64,000 nt of DNA from Selaginella moellendorffii (GCF_000143415.4 NW_003314384.1:62001-126000); one strand, 5' to 3'; positions 1 to 11,935 are shown, counted from the first letter of the stretch. A program made the numbers and translations. The notes: generated from the letters alone by a model not told the origin.

Positions 1-1740
1 GACCCCCAGTGTTTTCGAGAGAAGACTCGAGAATTCCTGCAATGGAAATGGCATGAGGCCACGTGCTATGCCACATGCAACGAGGCTTACCTGCCAGGCG
101 CTAGTTGCTAGTGCACGTCCTTGTCCTGGTTTTTGTGGCTTCTTCAGTTGAACCCAGAGCTTCCGTGTTCGTGCCAATGTCTCGTGCAGACCCGATTTGT
201 AGCACGTTTCTTGCTTGACATTCTGCGCGTGGGAGATGTATATGATAGATCGGAGGGGCGAGTTGCCTTTTATCAGGCGGACAACTCTTGTCTTGAAGAC
301 TTTCTTCACCTCCTCGCCCACCATAATATCCACAACTATCTCTTGCATCGCCAAGCTAGAATGCTGCCCGGAGACGGCATAGAACCGGATGTTCTGATCG
401 TCCAACACTTTCCTATTGATCAAGTCTGGAAACCTCATCTCGCCCTTCATTGTTCGGTAGTAGGGGATCACGTCTGCGATGTCGAGTGTTATTGGACTTG
501 CCAGCATCTTCTACTTCAGTTTCTCCACCCACTCATCAGATACTAGCCTGTGGTTGTATTTGCTTTGGATGTCGATACGGCTCACGTCGATTGTATATAC
601 TTTGTTGGAATAGTAACAAGTACTATTATCTGCGACAATTTTTGCTGCCTCTTCTTGCTCTTTCTGCTCTTTGCGGCTCTTCTTTTTGGTGGGTGTAGTG
701 TTCGAACCCGAGGCAATGGTATCACCGAGTAGCTTCTTTTTTGGAGCAGGAGAGTCGGACGTCGGCTTGAGCTTGACCACCCTTTTCTGCTTCGGGGTAG
801 TTTCCAAATCGACCCCCTTCCCCTTCGCTTCGCGAACTAGAGGCACTCTCAACAGCTCAATGTTGAAATATAGTTTTTGAACATCGCCGTAGGTGAGGTC
901 CGTGGATTCCATGTGATCTTCATAGACCCGCAGCATCTTTGAAATTGTGGGCCTCCTAGACAACCTCTCCCTAACTCCCTCTAGGAATTCCTTATAGCCG
1001 CTGCCCCCCTCCGGGAAGCCGCTAGGATGTGCAAGGTGGATCTTGAAGGCGGACGCTATCTCTACAACAAGTGCCAGTCCATATTCTTGCATGGAACTGC
1101 ATGGAGTGTCTGTCACTTGGATGAGGATCCCCATGCATTCTTTTCTCCCACCATCTGTGTTGTACAGCCTTAGATCCTCACCTTCCATCCCGAAAGTCCA
1201 ACTGGTGAGCTCCTCCCCCTTCTCTGCATCCACATTGATAGTGGCTGGAAGAAGAACGCAATTCCTCGCCTGTTCAGAAATGCACAACAATTAGAGCTGA
1301 CAGATGAAAAGCTAGCAGCTGGAAATAACATGAGGCCACACACCATTCACCACTGCATCAGATGTCTTGAGGCTGCATCCTAAGATGGCATGAGGCTACA
1401 TGCCATCTGTAACCGGACTGCACTCGAGAGCCCAATCGGTGCATGCCAATGTTGCTACTAAATGGCATGTGGCCTCATGCCATTTTCTACTTGGCCTAAA
1501 AGACTTACCATTTGAAGCCGAATGGAGGCGTGACAATCGAGGCCGGACTCGCTGGCGAATATGCACTGTGTGTGCAGCGGATCTTAGCAGCAAGGCTACT
1601 CTGCCACTTACAGTTGGAGAGTGGCACTGAAATCTCCCGGGACGCCAAGTGGGCTGCGTGTGGGTGGCAGAGTGGGCGGCAAAGTTGGTGGCGAAGTTAC
1701 AAACTGGGTGTGTCTTGAAGTGGACGCCGATGCACATGAG
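1..1740 (-). pseudogene. Spliced transposon accessory gene with ParB/Sulfiredoxin-like domain; one in-frame TAG at 511-513; continues beyond window start
   Basis: The frame of ORF 511-1290 reads through TAG to 91: ..YTIDVSRIDIQSKYNHRLVSDEWVEKLK*KMLASPITLDIADVIPY..IRFYAVSGQHSSLAMQEIV..RVVRLIKGNSPLRSIIYISHAQNVKQETCYKSGLHETLARTRKLW.. Phase-compatible GT-AG introns at 37-90, 1270-1350 and 1380-1508. Start codon uncertain. Confidence 0.6.
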
Positions 1741-1914
1741 CGCGATGCAAGCGCGAGTGTGATGCAAGCGCGAGTGGATGCCGATGCACACGAGAAACCT
1801 GTAGAGAAGGTAGATGAGCGCGAATGTGAGCGTGATCGCGAGTGGGAGCGCGATGCGAGCGTGAGTACGATGCAAAACCTAACCTCACACGCGCGAAATG
1901 TCACGACGGTTAGT

Positions 1915-2056
1915 AATCCCGCAACGTCATCATTCCTCGGACTTGGGCGCCACCATTAATTTCTGAATCGCCGCGCGCATGCATGCACATGAAATCCAAA
2001 AGAAATCCGCAACGTCATCATTCCTCGGACTGCATGCATGCGAAATCCAAAAGAAA
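1915..2056 (+). repeat. Short local duplications in the intergenic region between the two transposon genes
   Basis: CCGCAACGTCATCATTCCTCGGACT at ~1919 and ~2007; GCATGCA..GAAATCCAAAAGAAA at ~1981 and ~2032. Confidence 0.7.
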
Positions 2057-3850
2057 GATCATGATTGGGATATCATTTAATACCCTCGCTATATTTATAC
2101 CATACATGATTGGATATTCCAAAGCATCTTGTATTTCCAAAAATGCTAGATGTTCAGCTAAATAAAGAATGGTATACAATGTCCTTCTTGATGACCCTGC
2201 AAAGAAGCATCTCGATCGGACATCACATGAGACCACACGAGCCTTACAATGTTTTAGGGGCATTTGCCATAGATCCGACCGTTATTTTGCTCTAAGATTT
2301 TACAGTTTGGTGTGCATTGACTTTTCTATCAACACTGCAAAGGGACATCACAATCAGATGCGGAATCACAAGAAACTAACTTCACTAACTCTAGTTTCAC
2401 CAAGATCTACATAAGGAGTTATGAAATGAAAGGACCCTCTCTATTGAAATGTGTTTATGGTCCTAAGGGCATTATGACATATCAAAGGATTTTGCATCAA
2501 GTTCTATATTTGCATGTTTATCAAGCTACTGAATTGCTAAACCCTAAACCCTAAACATGTGGCAAATGCTGCGTGAAGAAAGATGCCCTTTCTGGGCAAA
2601 TGCTGTAAGAGGTAGATGCCGAGCAAATGTATCTCAGGCTAGCGAAGGGGACAAACGAAAGCTAGCTATAAACATGACGGGATGCAAATAGATTACTAGG
2701 CTGGTCCTGCGAAAATCAAAAACCATAATTCAAAACATTGAAAATGCAAAAAGAAAGGTTTATAATGTTTTTGAATTTTAAGCAACCAAAGGAATGTAAG
2801 TAGGGCATGTGTTTGTAAGTTTAAAAATGCCTCAACCACTTAAATTCCCAAGTAAATAAAGCTGTTTCTATTTTTGGTACAGATAAACTTTATAGCGTGT
2901 GGGCTCATGCAATTTTGAACCCAAAAATGCACCAAAAAATGCTCGACTAGCATTATTCTTTGAATGGCGTGTGGCCTTATATTGCCATAAATGGACGTAC
3001 ACACACAGCATAATTATTCCTTTATACGGCGAATAATCTTGGCGCGGATCGCTGACATGGCATGGCAAAGTTCGAATCACTGACATGGCACAGCTGGATC
3101 GAGGCAAGGACATGATGTGACAAAGTTCAACCTCCGACAGCAAAGTCTAGAAGCTACTCAGTTTGAAATTTGTCAGAGGAATCATAAGATCTGGTTTGTT
3201 AGAGGATTTGATGTGACGTTCAAGCGTGTGTTATTTTTGAATTCTCGAACTCATTCCTAGGTCTATCATTTTTGTGCGCCGTGTTCTTGGTTCCGCTGAG
3301 CGCAGTGAGCGCTGCTTGTGTAAGCGGCGTTGTGAGCTGTGGTTTATGCGTCTACAAGCGGTTGCGGCATTGCAAGCGCCATTGCGAGCGGCAGTTTATG
3401 CGAGTGGCAATTTGTGCGAGCGGCGCTACGAGCAGTTGCGGTGTTGCAAGCGGCGCTACGAGTAGTTGCGGTGTTGCGAGCGGCACTGTCTTTGGTGTGG
3501 CTACCGCTTCCTCTTGATATTCGGCACTTGTGCTTCCTGGTATGTTCACCATGGAATGGCTTAGGACCACATTTAGAAATGGCATGAGGCCACATGCCAT
3601 CTTGGGCCCTTGCAATTTCATGGCTAGCGTATTGTCATGTATGTTTTTACTTGCCTGCAGCTGTGTGTATATCAAGATGGCATGAGGCCTCATGCCAATT
3701 TTGTGAATGCGAAATTTCACGTGGGTGTCAATAGCATGTTTGAATAATGGCATGTGGCCTCATGCTATTGAGGTTGTTTGGTATGTTATGATTTAGGCCA
3801 TTCTCCAATCATTTTTTGTATGGTCTTAACTTCTTTTCTGCACTTTCAGA

Positions 3851-6800
3851 ATGGCCTTCAGGGTTGGGGAAAAGGTTTACATTTTGAATGGTGGGAAGAG
3901 AGTTGCAAAAGGGACCCTTGTGTCTATGGATTGGAACTTTGCTATACACTGTCAAAGGCTTGGGGAAGGCAATGCTGCTGTATCAGTAGAGACTGTCTTC
4001 GATGGGAATGTGGTCGCTATTGAACGAGGAGAGATGGTCGTCGTGGTAAATGTTGTTGTTGCCTTGAAAAATCTTTAGAAGAAAGCAGATGTTGGGGACA
4101 ACGCAAGTGCGACGCATGTTCCCTCCGTGGATCTTAAGAACCATGCTACATGGATTCAGGCAAAGGTGTTTCTAAACAACCCCGAGGGGGAGGTGGTAGC
4201 TGAGGGCTTAGCCACAGTTATCGATCCAAGAGATGCGATTGCTAATCAAGAATTGGGCTGGGATGATATTGGAGTTGCGATTTTAGAGGTTGTTGACACA
4301 GAAGAAAACAGTCTGACTATTGGAAGCATTGTGTGGTGGAAATTGAGGCAATTAGTGTTTGAGAATGTGAAGGATTCACAATCAAACACCACTACAACTG
4401 ATGACAGAACATCTCTTCATGGGAAAAGAAAGTACACCTTCCTAAAGCGCAGCCAAAGGGATCTGAGCAATGAACCGAAAAGGCAGAAAATGGCAATGGA
4501 GGTTCGAATGGTCTCGACAGTTGCTTGTTGCAAGAGGAGGTGCTGTCAACATGTTGATTGGGATGCTATTGAAGAGGAGAGAGCAAGATACAAGACATTG
4601 TCCTGGAAGGCAGCTCGCAATTTTGTGTATGAGGCATTACGGTCATCTGTTGATGCTTCAGAACATCAGGTGGGGGGCATGGTCTTCCAGAGGGGTTTGG
4701 TCTACATGAAGGCATGGAGAATCATTTATGGAGTCCCTCGAACCACATTCTACAGAATCAAAACTGAGTTCGAGGAACAAAGGGTTCAACAGGCAGTCCA
4801 AGGGAACGACGGTACGCACAAAACCAGGGGTCATGTTGTATATGGAGAGGCAATCTTCAAGAGGTTTGTCGAGACATGTAGCGAGCAGCAACCACATAAA
4901 ACCTGCCTCTTGGAAGATGGAACACGAGACACCCAACGAGTTCTCCCTTCCATGTATACCAAGGGGGCCATATTGGAAGATGTGAATCGGGAACTCCAGA
5001 GTAATGGCTACAAGAAGCTGAGCCAATCTAGATTTAGTAGATTGTGGAGCAACAGGTTCAAGGATGTGAATATAGGAAAGTACTCCAGCTTTTCAAAGTG
5101 TGACGAGTGCACTGCTATCAAAATGGCTTTGTCGAAGAATTCTTGCAGCGCTCAAGAGCGAGAGACGTTGGTTAGAAGGCGGCTCGACCACAACATCGAG
5201 CAGAGAACCTGCAGGACTGCATATTATCATAACAGGATTCTCTCCATGGAGAGACTTGACTCTTACCTCTGCATCATCCATGACAAAATGGACCAGAAAA
5301 AGACATGCTTACCTCGACTTAATCCTGCCTCCAAGGCAATCTCTTCATCCATGCAGCTGCCTGTGTCTCTGTTTGGCATAATCGCTCATGGGCATGGTGC
5401 CCAGAACTATGGGAACTTCTTTGTACCTCTATGGGGTGGCAGGGGTGCAAACATGATGATTGCGTCCCTAGCAAAACACTTAAGATCTCTGCAAAGTGCG
5501 CAGACTGAGCTGAACGGCCAACCCTTGCATAAGGCCCTTGTCGATCGAACCCCATACAAGGTTCAGCTGGAGGAGGAGCAAAGGCTTGCAGTATTGCGTG
5601 GGGCCCCATGCCATCCCAGTGAATATGTTGGCCGTCAGATTGTAGGGTTATCACGTGAGGCCTCATGCCATTCCGACGAGGCTGGTCGCCCGGTGAATGC
5701 ACAGCCTCATCCAAACGAAGCAGAATCTCAAGGAAGTTCTTGCGGCTGATGTGGCCTTCCACCCCATCTTCTGCTCCAAACAGACAATACTGGCAGTGAG
5801 AACAAAAACATGTACCTCTTCGCGTACTTGGCGATGCTTGTTGCCAAAGGCATATTTGAAACGGTTACACTTGGCTTTCTCATGGTTGGGCATACTCATG
5901 AAGACGTCGATGCCATGTTCAGTCACCTGGCAGAGTCCCTCCGGCAATCTAATGTCCTCACCCTCCCACAACTCTACGATGAATTCCAAAATTACATCAA
6001 AGGCACTGTTGAAGCTGCACTTGTGACAGAGGTTCCAGAATTTAAGGGGTTTGTAAAAGGCTACATCAGGGACGGATCCGAAACGTTGATTGGCCACTCC
6101 AAGCCTCTTCAGTTTCATTTCAGCATGCGTGATGGTGCTCCAGTGATGAGGTACAAGATGAGAGAATGGGACACAGTGTGGCTGCCAGTGGACGGCATTG
6201 AACTCTTCAAGAGAGATCCCATAACTAGGGAACCTATGATTCCTCAGGGTTCCCCACGGCCGATGCACCCGGATGGACTCAAAGACCAGGAAAGTATAGT
6301 GGCCGGGATTAGACAGCATATTGCCTTCTGGAAGAGGGGGTTGGTGTTTGGTGGAGAATCCTATTTTAAGAGGTGCAAGCCTTTGCTCGAATACTGGGAG
6401 AAGATTATATCTGCTATTCAAAATGGGCCGGTTGTATATGAAGAATTGGAAGAGTCCTTTTGGCCAGAACCCAGAGCACCAGATAGTAGTGGAACAATGT
6501 CCTCTGGAAATGTAGTGACAGATAACGATATTGAGGATCACTATTGTGGGCCGAGGAACAAGAAGCCAGATTCAGCATTCAATCCAGTACAGGTCTGCAA
6601 AGGAATGGTCGTGCTTGTCAAACCCAGTAATAAAAAACAAATGATATGGGTGGGGCGCTGCATCACTGATGCAGAGGAGGATGCGGAAACTAACTCCTTC
6701 AATGTAACTGTGGAGTGGTTCAAGCCAAGTTCCGGATATACGAAGGATTGCCTAGAAAAGAGATGGGTGCTGAATCCAAGGGATCCCAACATGAGCATAT

Positions 6801-6992
6801 CGGTGGATAATGTTGTGCATGGTTGGATGTGGAAGCAGAGTGCCACCATCACCTTGCCAGACCATGCAAGAGATGCAGCAAGAGCATTCATAACCCGGGT
6901 TCAAGGTGAGATTCATTAATATTCCTTTACTAAGTTTCTAATGTATTTTATTTCAAGGTGAACAATCCGAATCTGAATCAGAGGAGGCATGA
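3851..6992 (+). pseudogene. DDD-type transposase (DUF7869 / Sola-like), ~1,030 aa, with two premature stops
   Basis: ORFs 3851-4078, 4127-5749 and 5810-6919 share one frame, separated only by TAG 4076-4078 and TGA 5747-5749. Motifs: CDEC, LCIIHDKMDQ, LPPHLLLQTDNTGSENKN, FLMVGHTHEDVDAMFS. Two N-terminal Tnp1/EnSpm-like beta domains. Probable 52-nt intron 6906-6957 gives C-terminus GEQSESESEEA* (TGA 6990-6992). Splice acceptor just upstream of ATG 3851. Confidence 0.75.
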
Positions 6993-8364
6993 TGGCATGT
7001 GGCCTTACACCATTCCTAGGTGAGATGATACAAATAACAAGTATAAATTCTTAGTTGTTCTAGCAAATCTTACTTAAAGTTCAAGGTGAACAAGCCGAAT
7101 ATGAATTTATTGGATTGTTATAACAAATTGCGAGGTGATGGCATGAGGCGATATGCCATTTGAGAGTGGTAGCCATTCCTATATGAGGTGAGTGAAATAT
7201 TTATTAGAAATACCTCATTCAATTGTGCACTTCTAAGTCTTGGTCCACTCAGTATTGTTTGCATGTTTCTATTTTAATTCTTTCTCTAAAATGTTATTTA
7301 GCATGTGGCTTCATGCCATTGCTCTCCACAATCATGCATTGAATTTTTCTATCCTTGCATAATACTTCTCCATATATATAGCATGTGCGCACATGTGATA
7401 TGGTTCATTAGGCCTGATATAGTGTGTGAGGTAAAACAAAGATGATGTGACATATGCATTTACCAATCACACATGCATAAATCTAATAATATGGCGTGTG
7501 GCCCATATTAATGGCACATAAACCCATATTGTGGGCTTACGTGCTTTATGTACCATCATTCCCTTGCAGCGTGTGTGTTGGTTTCCTTTTATAACACAAC
7601 GAACTCCATATTTTAGGGTGAAGAGCGTTCTCATGGCAAGCACAAAATCTGTAAGTGAGGCAGAAAAGGAGACGGAGAAGGAGATAGGTGAAGATGTAGA
7701 ATATATAAATCTTCCAAACTCCCCGTACTATACTCCAGGTGATCATTTTTCTGAACAAACGGCAACATTAACAACTATCGAGAACGCCCCAGTAACGTCA
7801 AAGACAACAATCCAAAGCAAAACAACTGACCCGGAGAAGGATGATAGTACCGCTGAGAGTACCAAAAAGGAGGTGTCCACTAGCGCTTAGGCTTATAATG
7901 GCATGTGCCCTCATGCCATTTACTTGATCACCAAATACCTTTTTCCCTTTGCACTAGTATATCTTAATACCAATCTGAGAAATAGAATGGCATGTGCCCT
8001 CAGGCCTTTTACTAAATCACCTTTGAAAGAAATGCAAGCCTCTATGTCGTAAAAAAAAGGTACTAGAGAAATTCCTTAATAATATGAATGTTATTTAGTT
8101 TCATGAAAATACACTAAGGGTCAAATGAGTTAAATGACTTCTCCAGACTAGCAATGCCTCTTGCTACACCTTCACAATTAGATTCGTTAGAAAAAGATAA
8201 CATTGAATAATATCTAAATGTTCTCACCATTAAGTTATATGTCTAGCTAATAGGAATGACGTTCATCTTGGAAAGCTCACCACACGCTCAATGAACAAAC
8301 AAATAGTGTGTGCGCGCATGCCATCGCTCTTCTTTAGCTTCAGATTCGGCTTGTTCACCTTGAC
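6954..8364. repeat. ~25-bp motif CAAGGTGAACAA(T/G)CCGAAT(C/A)TGAA, two direct copies and one inverted copy
   Basis: + at 6954 and 7082; reverse complement TTCAGATTCGGCTTGTTCACCTTG at ~8340. Confidence 0.75.
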
Positions 8365-8539
8365 AATGAGATTTATTATACAACCAGATGGACTCAGTCT
8401 GGACACAAAGTCACCACGCTAGTCACCATGCCCCAGATATGTCTAGCCCCTGGACAAAAAACATATAATTTCACGTCATTTTCAAATACTTGAAAATTTG
8501 TACCTAGTCCCATTTTACTGAATAAATCCCACTTTAACG

Positions 8540-11240
8540 AAATAGAGCTTAGCAGTTATTTCTGCGGGAACATCATGATGTTCTAGCAGCGGGACATGGT
8601 GGGAAGTGAAAGACTCTGGCTTCATTGAAAAAAGGATTTTTCTGGTCTGGTATGGAAGGTGATGTAGCGGATTATGTCTGTTTCTGCCCTATATGCCAGC
8701 AATGTAAGCGCAGAACTGAGAAGCAGGCTGGAAAGTTGCAGTGTATTCCAGCACCGGCATGGTCATTTCAGAGTGTGACACTTGATTTCATCACTTGCTT
8801 GCCGAAGTCTAAGGGTTATGATACTTTGATGGTGGTTGTGGATCGGTTGTTGAAGATTGCACACTTCATTCCAACTGTAGAAACAGTAAATGCGAAACAA
8901 GCAGCAAAGCTCTTTTTCCATGAAGTAGTGCGGGTTCATGGTCTTCCTAAAGAGATGATCTTAGATAGAGATTCGAGGTTTACGGGGAAGTTTTGGGGCA
9001 CACTATTCCAACTGTTTGGTACCAGGTTGAAATTTAGTATGGCTTATCATCCTCAAACCGATGGGCAGACTGAACGCATGAATGCTCAAGTTGAGGATTA
9101 TCTGCGGCACTATGTCGCAGCAGACCAACGTGACTGGGTTGAGCATTTGGATACAGTAGAAATTTGTTATAACAACACATTTCACAGCACTATTGGCTGT
9201 TCTCCATGGGAGATGCTGCAAGGAAATGCTCATGGGGTCCCTCAACAGATTGTTGTACCGAAACCAATGACCGGAGTGTTGGTCCTGGCCATTGAGACTT
9301 ATGTGGAGCAGCTACGCCAAGGTTGGTCTAGAGCTACTGAGGCGATGGGCAAAGCTCAGGATAAGTATCGACGTGATAAGGATCAACATTGTCGGGATGT
9401 ATCCTATCAAGTGGGAGATCAAGTGTGGCTATCTTCCCGGAACTTGAACATTAAGAGATCTTTATCTCAGAAGCTCTTACCGAGATATGTTGGGTATTAG
9501 CACGAGTTGGATGAGTTGTCCACTGTACATGATGTGTTTCATGTCAGTTTATTGGCACCATATCATGTTGATGCAGATCGCTCTATGGACATTCGTCCCC
9601 CTCTAGAAGTTGTGAATGGTGACATGGAGTATGAGGTCGAAGCGATTCTCTTGTCTCACAAAGCTCGTGGTGGTTGTTCAAGGGAATATTTAGTTAAGTG
9701 GAAAGGTTACCCAACTTGTGAATCAACTTGGGAACCTCTTAGGAATCTTACCTATGCTCGTGAGCTTGTCACAGAGTATGAGAATCGTAATAAATATTAG
9801 CTTTTGTAAATCTTGTAATAAATCTTGCAAATTAATAAAGTAATATATTTCTATAAATCAAAGTGTCGTTTCTCTCGTTCGTTAGTACTTGGGTCAGTTT
9901 TGGCAGGCTGACTTCAGCACTTCAGTGCATGGGTCCAATCCATAACCATGGGGATAACTATTATAGACTAATCACAAGTCCCCGCCTCTCTCTCGATGCC
10001 TCACTTTTGGAAAAGGGGCGTGGTCGTGTAAACAACTTACTCTTCCAGTTTATAATAGTTGTCTAAATCTTCCCGACGGGGTTGATTTCTTGCTCAGGGG
10101 TAGTTGGGCCTCTAGCCTTCTCCCTATGTCCCTGCGGGCAGGGATATATCATTCCTTTGTAAGCCGAGTGGTACTTGGAGCAGCAAGGGTGGCTAGCTCC
10201 ATTAGTCATTTCCTTGTCGGCGATGGCCGGAGGGTGTCTGAGTCTTAACGTATTTGGACGTAGAGGAGAGGTCATTCCATCACTCATTTAAGTCGATGTG
10301 TTTCCCACATAGTGTGCTTTCCATTAACTTTCGAAGTTGTTTCCTTAATGGTTTGCTAGACTCAGGTATGCATCGATGAGGATGTCGATCTTCCCCAAGG
10401 GGGGGAGAGTGTCACGAATGTGACTTCGGGTATCGAAAGATACTTGTCGGCCAGTCCTTACGGACACTCTTTCCTTACTGCCATAACGGTAGGAGGTCGG
10501 TATAGTTAGTTCCCTTTATCGTTACCACTTGAGCTAGTTGAGAAACTGGCCAATGACCTTGCACTTAAATTGGATAAACATAAGGTAGGAACCCTATGTG
10601 TTTCTTGTTGAGCATACTCGGCCTGGTTTGAGAAACTCATGTCATTGACTTGCACTTGCTAGTATCAAGAACCCCCGCGTATTGAGGTGAATGATAGCTT
10701 ACCGTGTCTGCCAAACACCCTTGTTATCATGCCCTTAGTGTTAGTCTCATTTCGGTCCCAAGTGCTATTTATGGAAAGTGTCTAGATTAGCTCATTTGGC
10801 ATATCTATGGAATGTAGAGATCGGCCTGAACACAATGGTATTTGTTCCGTGTCCAAATTCGCAATCTAGCGCCATTCCATATTTAGTAAGTTTCAGACTT
10901 GTCCCAAATATTAACTCCTGGTACTAAGGGAGGCTTGGGGTGAAAGCCCAAAGCGTGTGTCTCTCAAAAAGAGGGCCTATGGGGGGGTTCTAAATGTATA
11001 TTAGGGATAGTGGTTGGAATGTATGTCCGACCACCTGAGACATTAGTTTGGCTACCACTGGGCTATGTCGCTCCTTGTTCTGCATCCGGCTTGGGTCTAA
11101 GCCCAAGCTCTACGCTGCTCTAGTTGGTGGGGTACCCTCCTCCTCGCATTAGGCCACCGGTATGCCAAATTTGTGCCAAACATCGTCTGACACCATTTTG
11201 CGTGCAGATGCTAGATATGAGGAGCTGGTGCTCGAGGGAT
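8540..11240 (+). mobile_element. Ty3/gypsy chromovirus, 3' part (integrase, chromodomain, PPT, start of 3' LTR), degenerate
   Basis: HHCC zinc finger (HD..GH..C.ICQQC), rve core (AYHPQTDGQTER), GPY/F region, chromodomain EYEVEAIL..YLVKWKGYPTCESTWEP (9507-9800). PPT AAGGGGGGGAGAG directly before TGTCACG at 10410. LTR right end not resolved. Confidence 0.85.
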
Positions 11241-11639
11241 TGTACCGGACCCTTGTTTTGTAGCGCAACCGGCTTGGGGTTCAGCTCAAAATTCAGGTGC
11301 GCTACAGCCGAGGACCAATGAGCCGTAAGGTACTCAAGTGGGGCACCACTCTACATGAGCTGGGAGCACCGTAGATGGTTTCCCTTCTAGGAGTGGGAGC
11401 TACTTTTGAGTACTTTCTTGGGTGGCACCTTTGGCACCACCCGAGTCCATGCTCACTCCCACCCAAGGCCCCTCAATCCCAGTCTCAACCTCAAGTCAGT
11501 TTGGAAGCATCACTGAATTTCCTTCAAGACTAGTTCCTAGACCTCACTATCCCTAGTATACTTTTGGAACCCCCTGCAGCCCCCCCCGGTCCCCAAGAGA
11601 CACACGCTTTGGGCTTTCAACACTCGACCTGTATTAGTA

Positions 11640-11935
11640 TTCAAACTCTGTCTCAGACTCGATCTCGGACTCGATCTTGGACCTGACCTCAGACTCGGTC
11701 TTGGACTCAATTTCAGACTCAATCTCAGACCTGATCTTGGACTCAACCTCAGACTCAACCTCAGACTCAGTCTCAGACCCAATCTCGGATCTCGAACTCG
11801 GTCTCGAACTCGGTCTTAAACTCGGTCTTGGACTTGGTCTCAAACTCGGTCTCGGAGTCGACCTCAAACTCGATCCCGGACTCTATCTTGAACTCAGTCT
11901 TAGAGTTGGTCTTAGACTCAATCTCAGACTCAGTC
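11640..11935. repeat. Degenerate 6/12-bp tandem array (ACTCGATCTCAG-like) inside the 3' LTR
   Basis: Direct reading; produces spurious (SEIE)n / (LRLS)n ORFs. Confidence 0.9.

Larger units (their letters stand above)
48..8324. repeat. Dispersed 22-bp palindrome, consensus ATGGCATG(A/T)GGCC(T/A)CATGCCAT, at least 14 clear copies plus degenerate ones
   Basis: Copies at 48, 1325, 1385, 1462, 3579, 3677 (perfect TGGCATGAGGCCTCATGCCA 3678-3697), 3747, 5593, 5650, 6992, 7138, 7298, 7898, 7987. Degenerate copies at 2892, 2964, 7378, 7491, 8303. Confidence 0.9.
1..8520. mobile_element. Large two-gene DNA transposon (DDD transposase + divergent ParB-like gene), left part outside the window, right end approximate; degenerate copy
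   Basis: Transposase-like frame 3851-6992 (+) and spliced gene 1-~1750 (-). The element-specific palindrome is seen only in 48-8324. Sequence switches abruptly into Ty3 integrase (..QLFLREHHDVLAAGHGG..) at ~8540. A TIR/TSD cannot be verified because the other end is missing. Confidence 0.7.

Noticed and set aside
2537-2556. CTAAACCCTAAACCCTAAAC telomere-like repeat
   Set aside because: Under three units; at most a telo-box, not an interstitial telomere.
3272-3753. Overlapping short ORFs with a 30-bp tandem repeat (GVASGATSSC)
   Set aside because: Repeat-generated frames in the probable transposase 5' leader; no protein motif recognised.
48-8324. Palindromic repeats as a CRISPR array or REP/RAYT system
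   Set aside because: Spacing is irregular (57 bp to over 1.5 kb), there are no cas genes, and the context is eukaryotic and spliced. The H-T-H in GHTHED belongs to a DDD-type motif, not an HUH/Y1 transposase.
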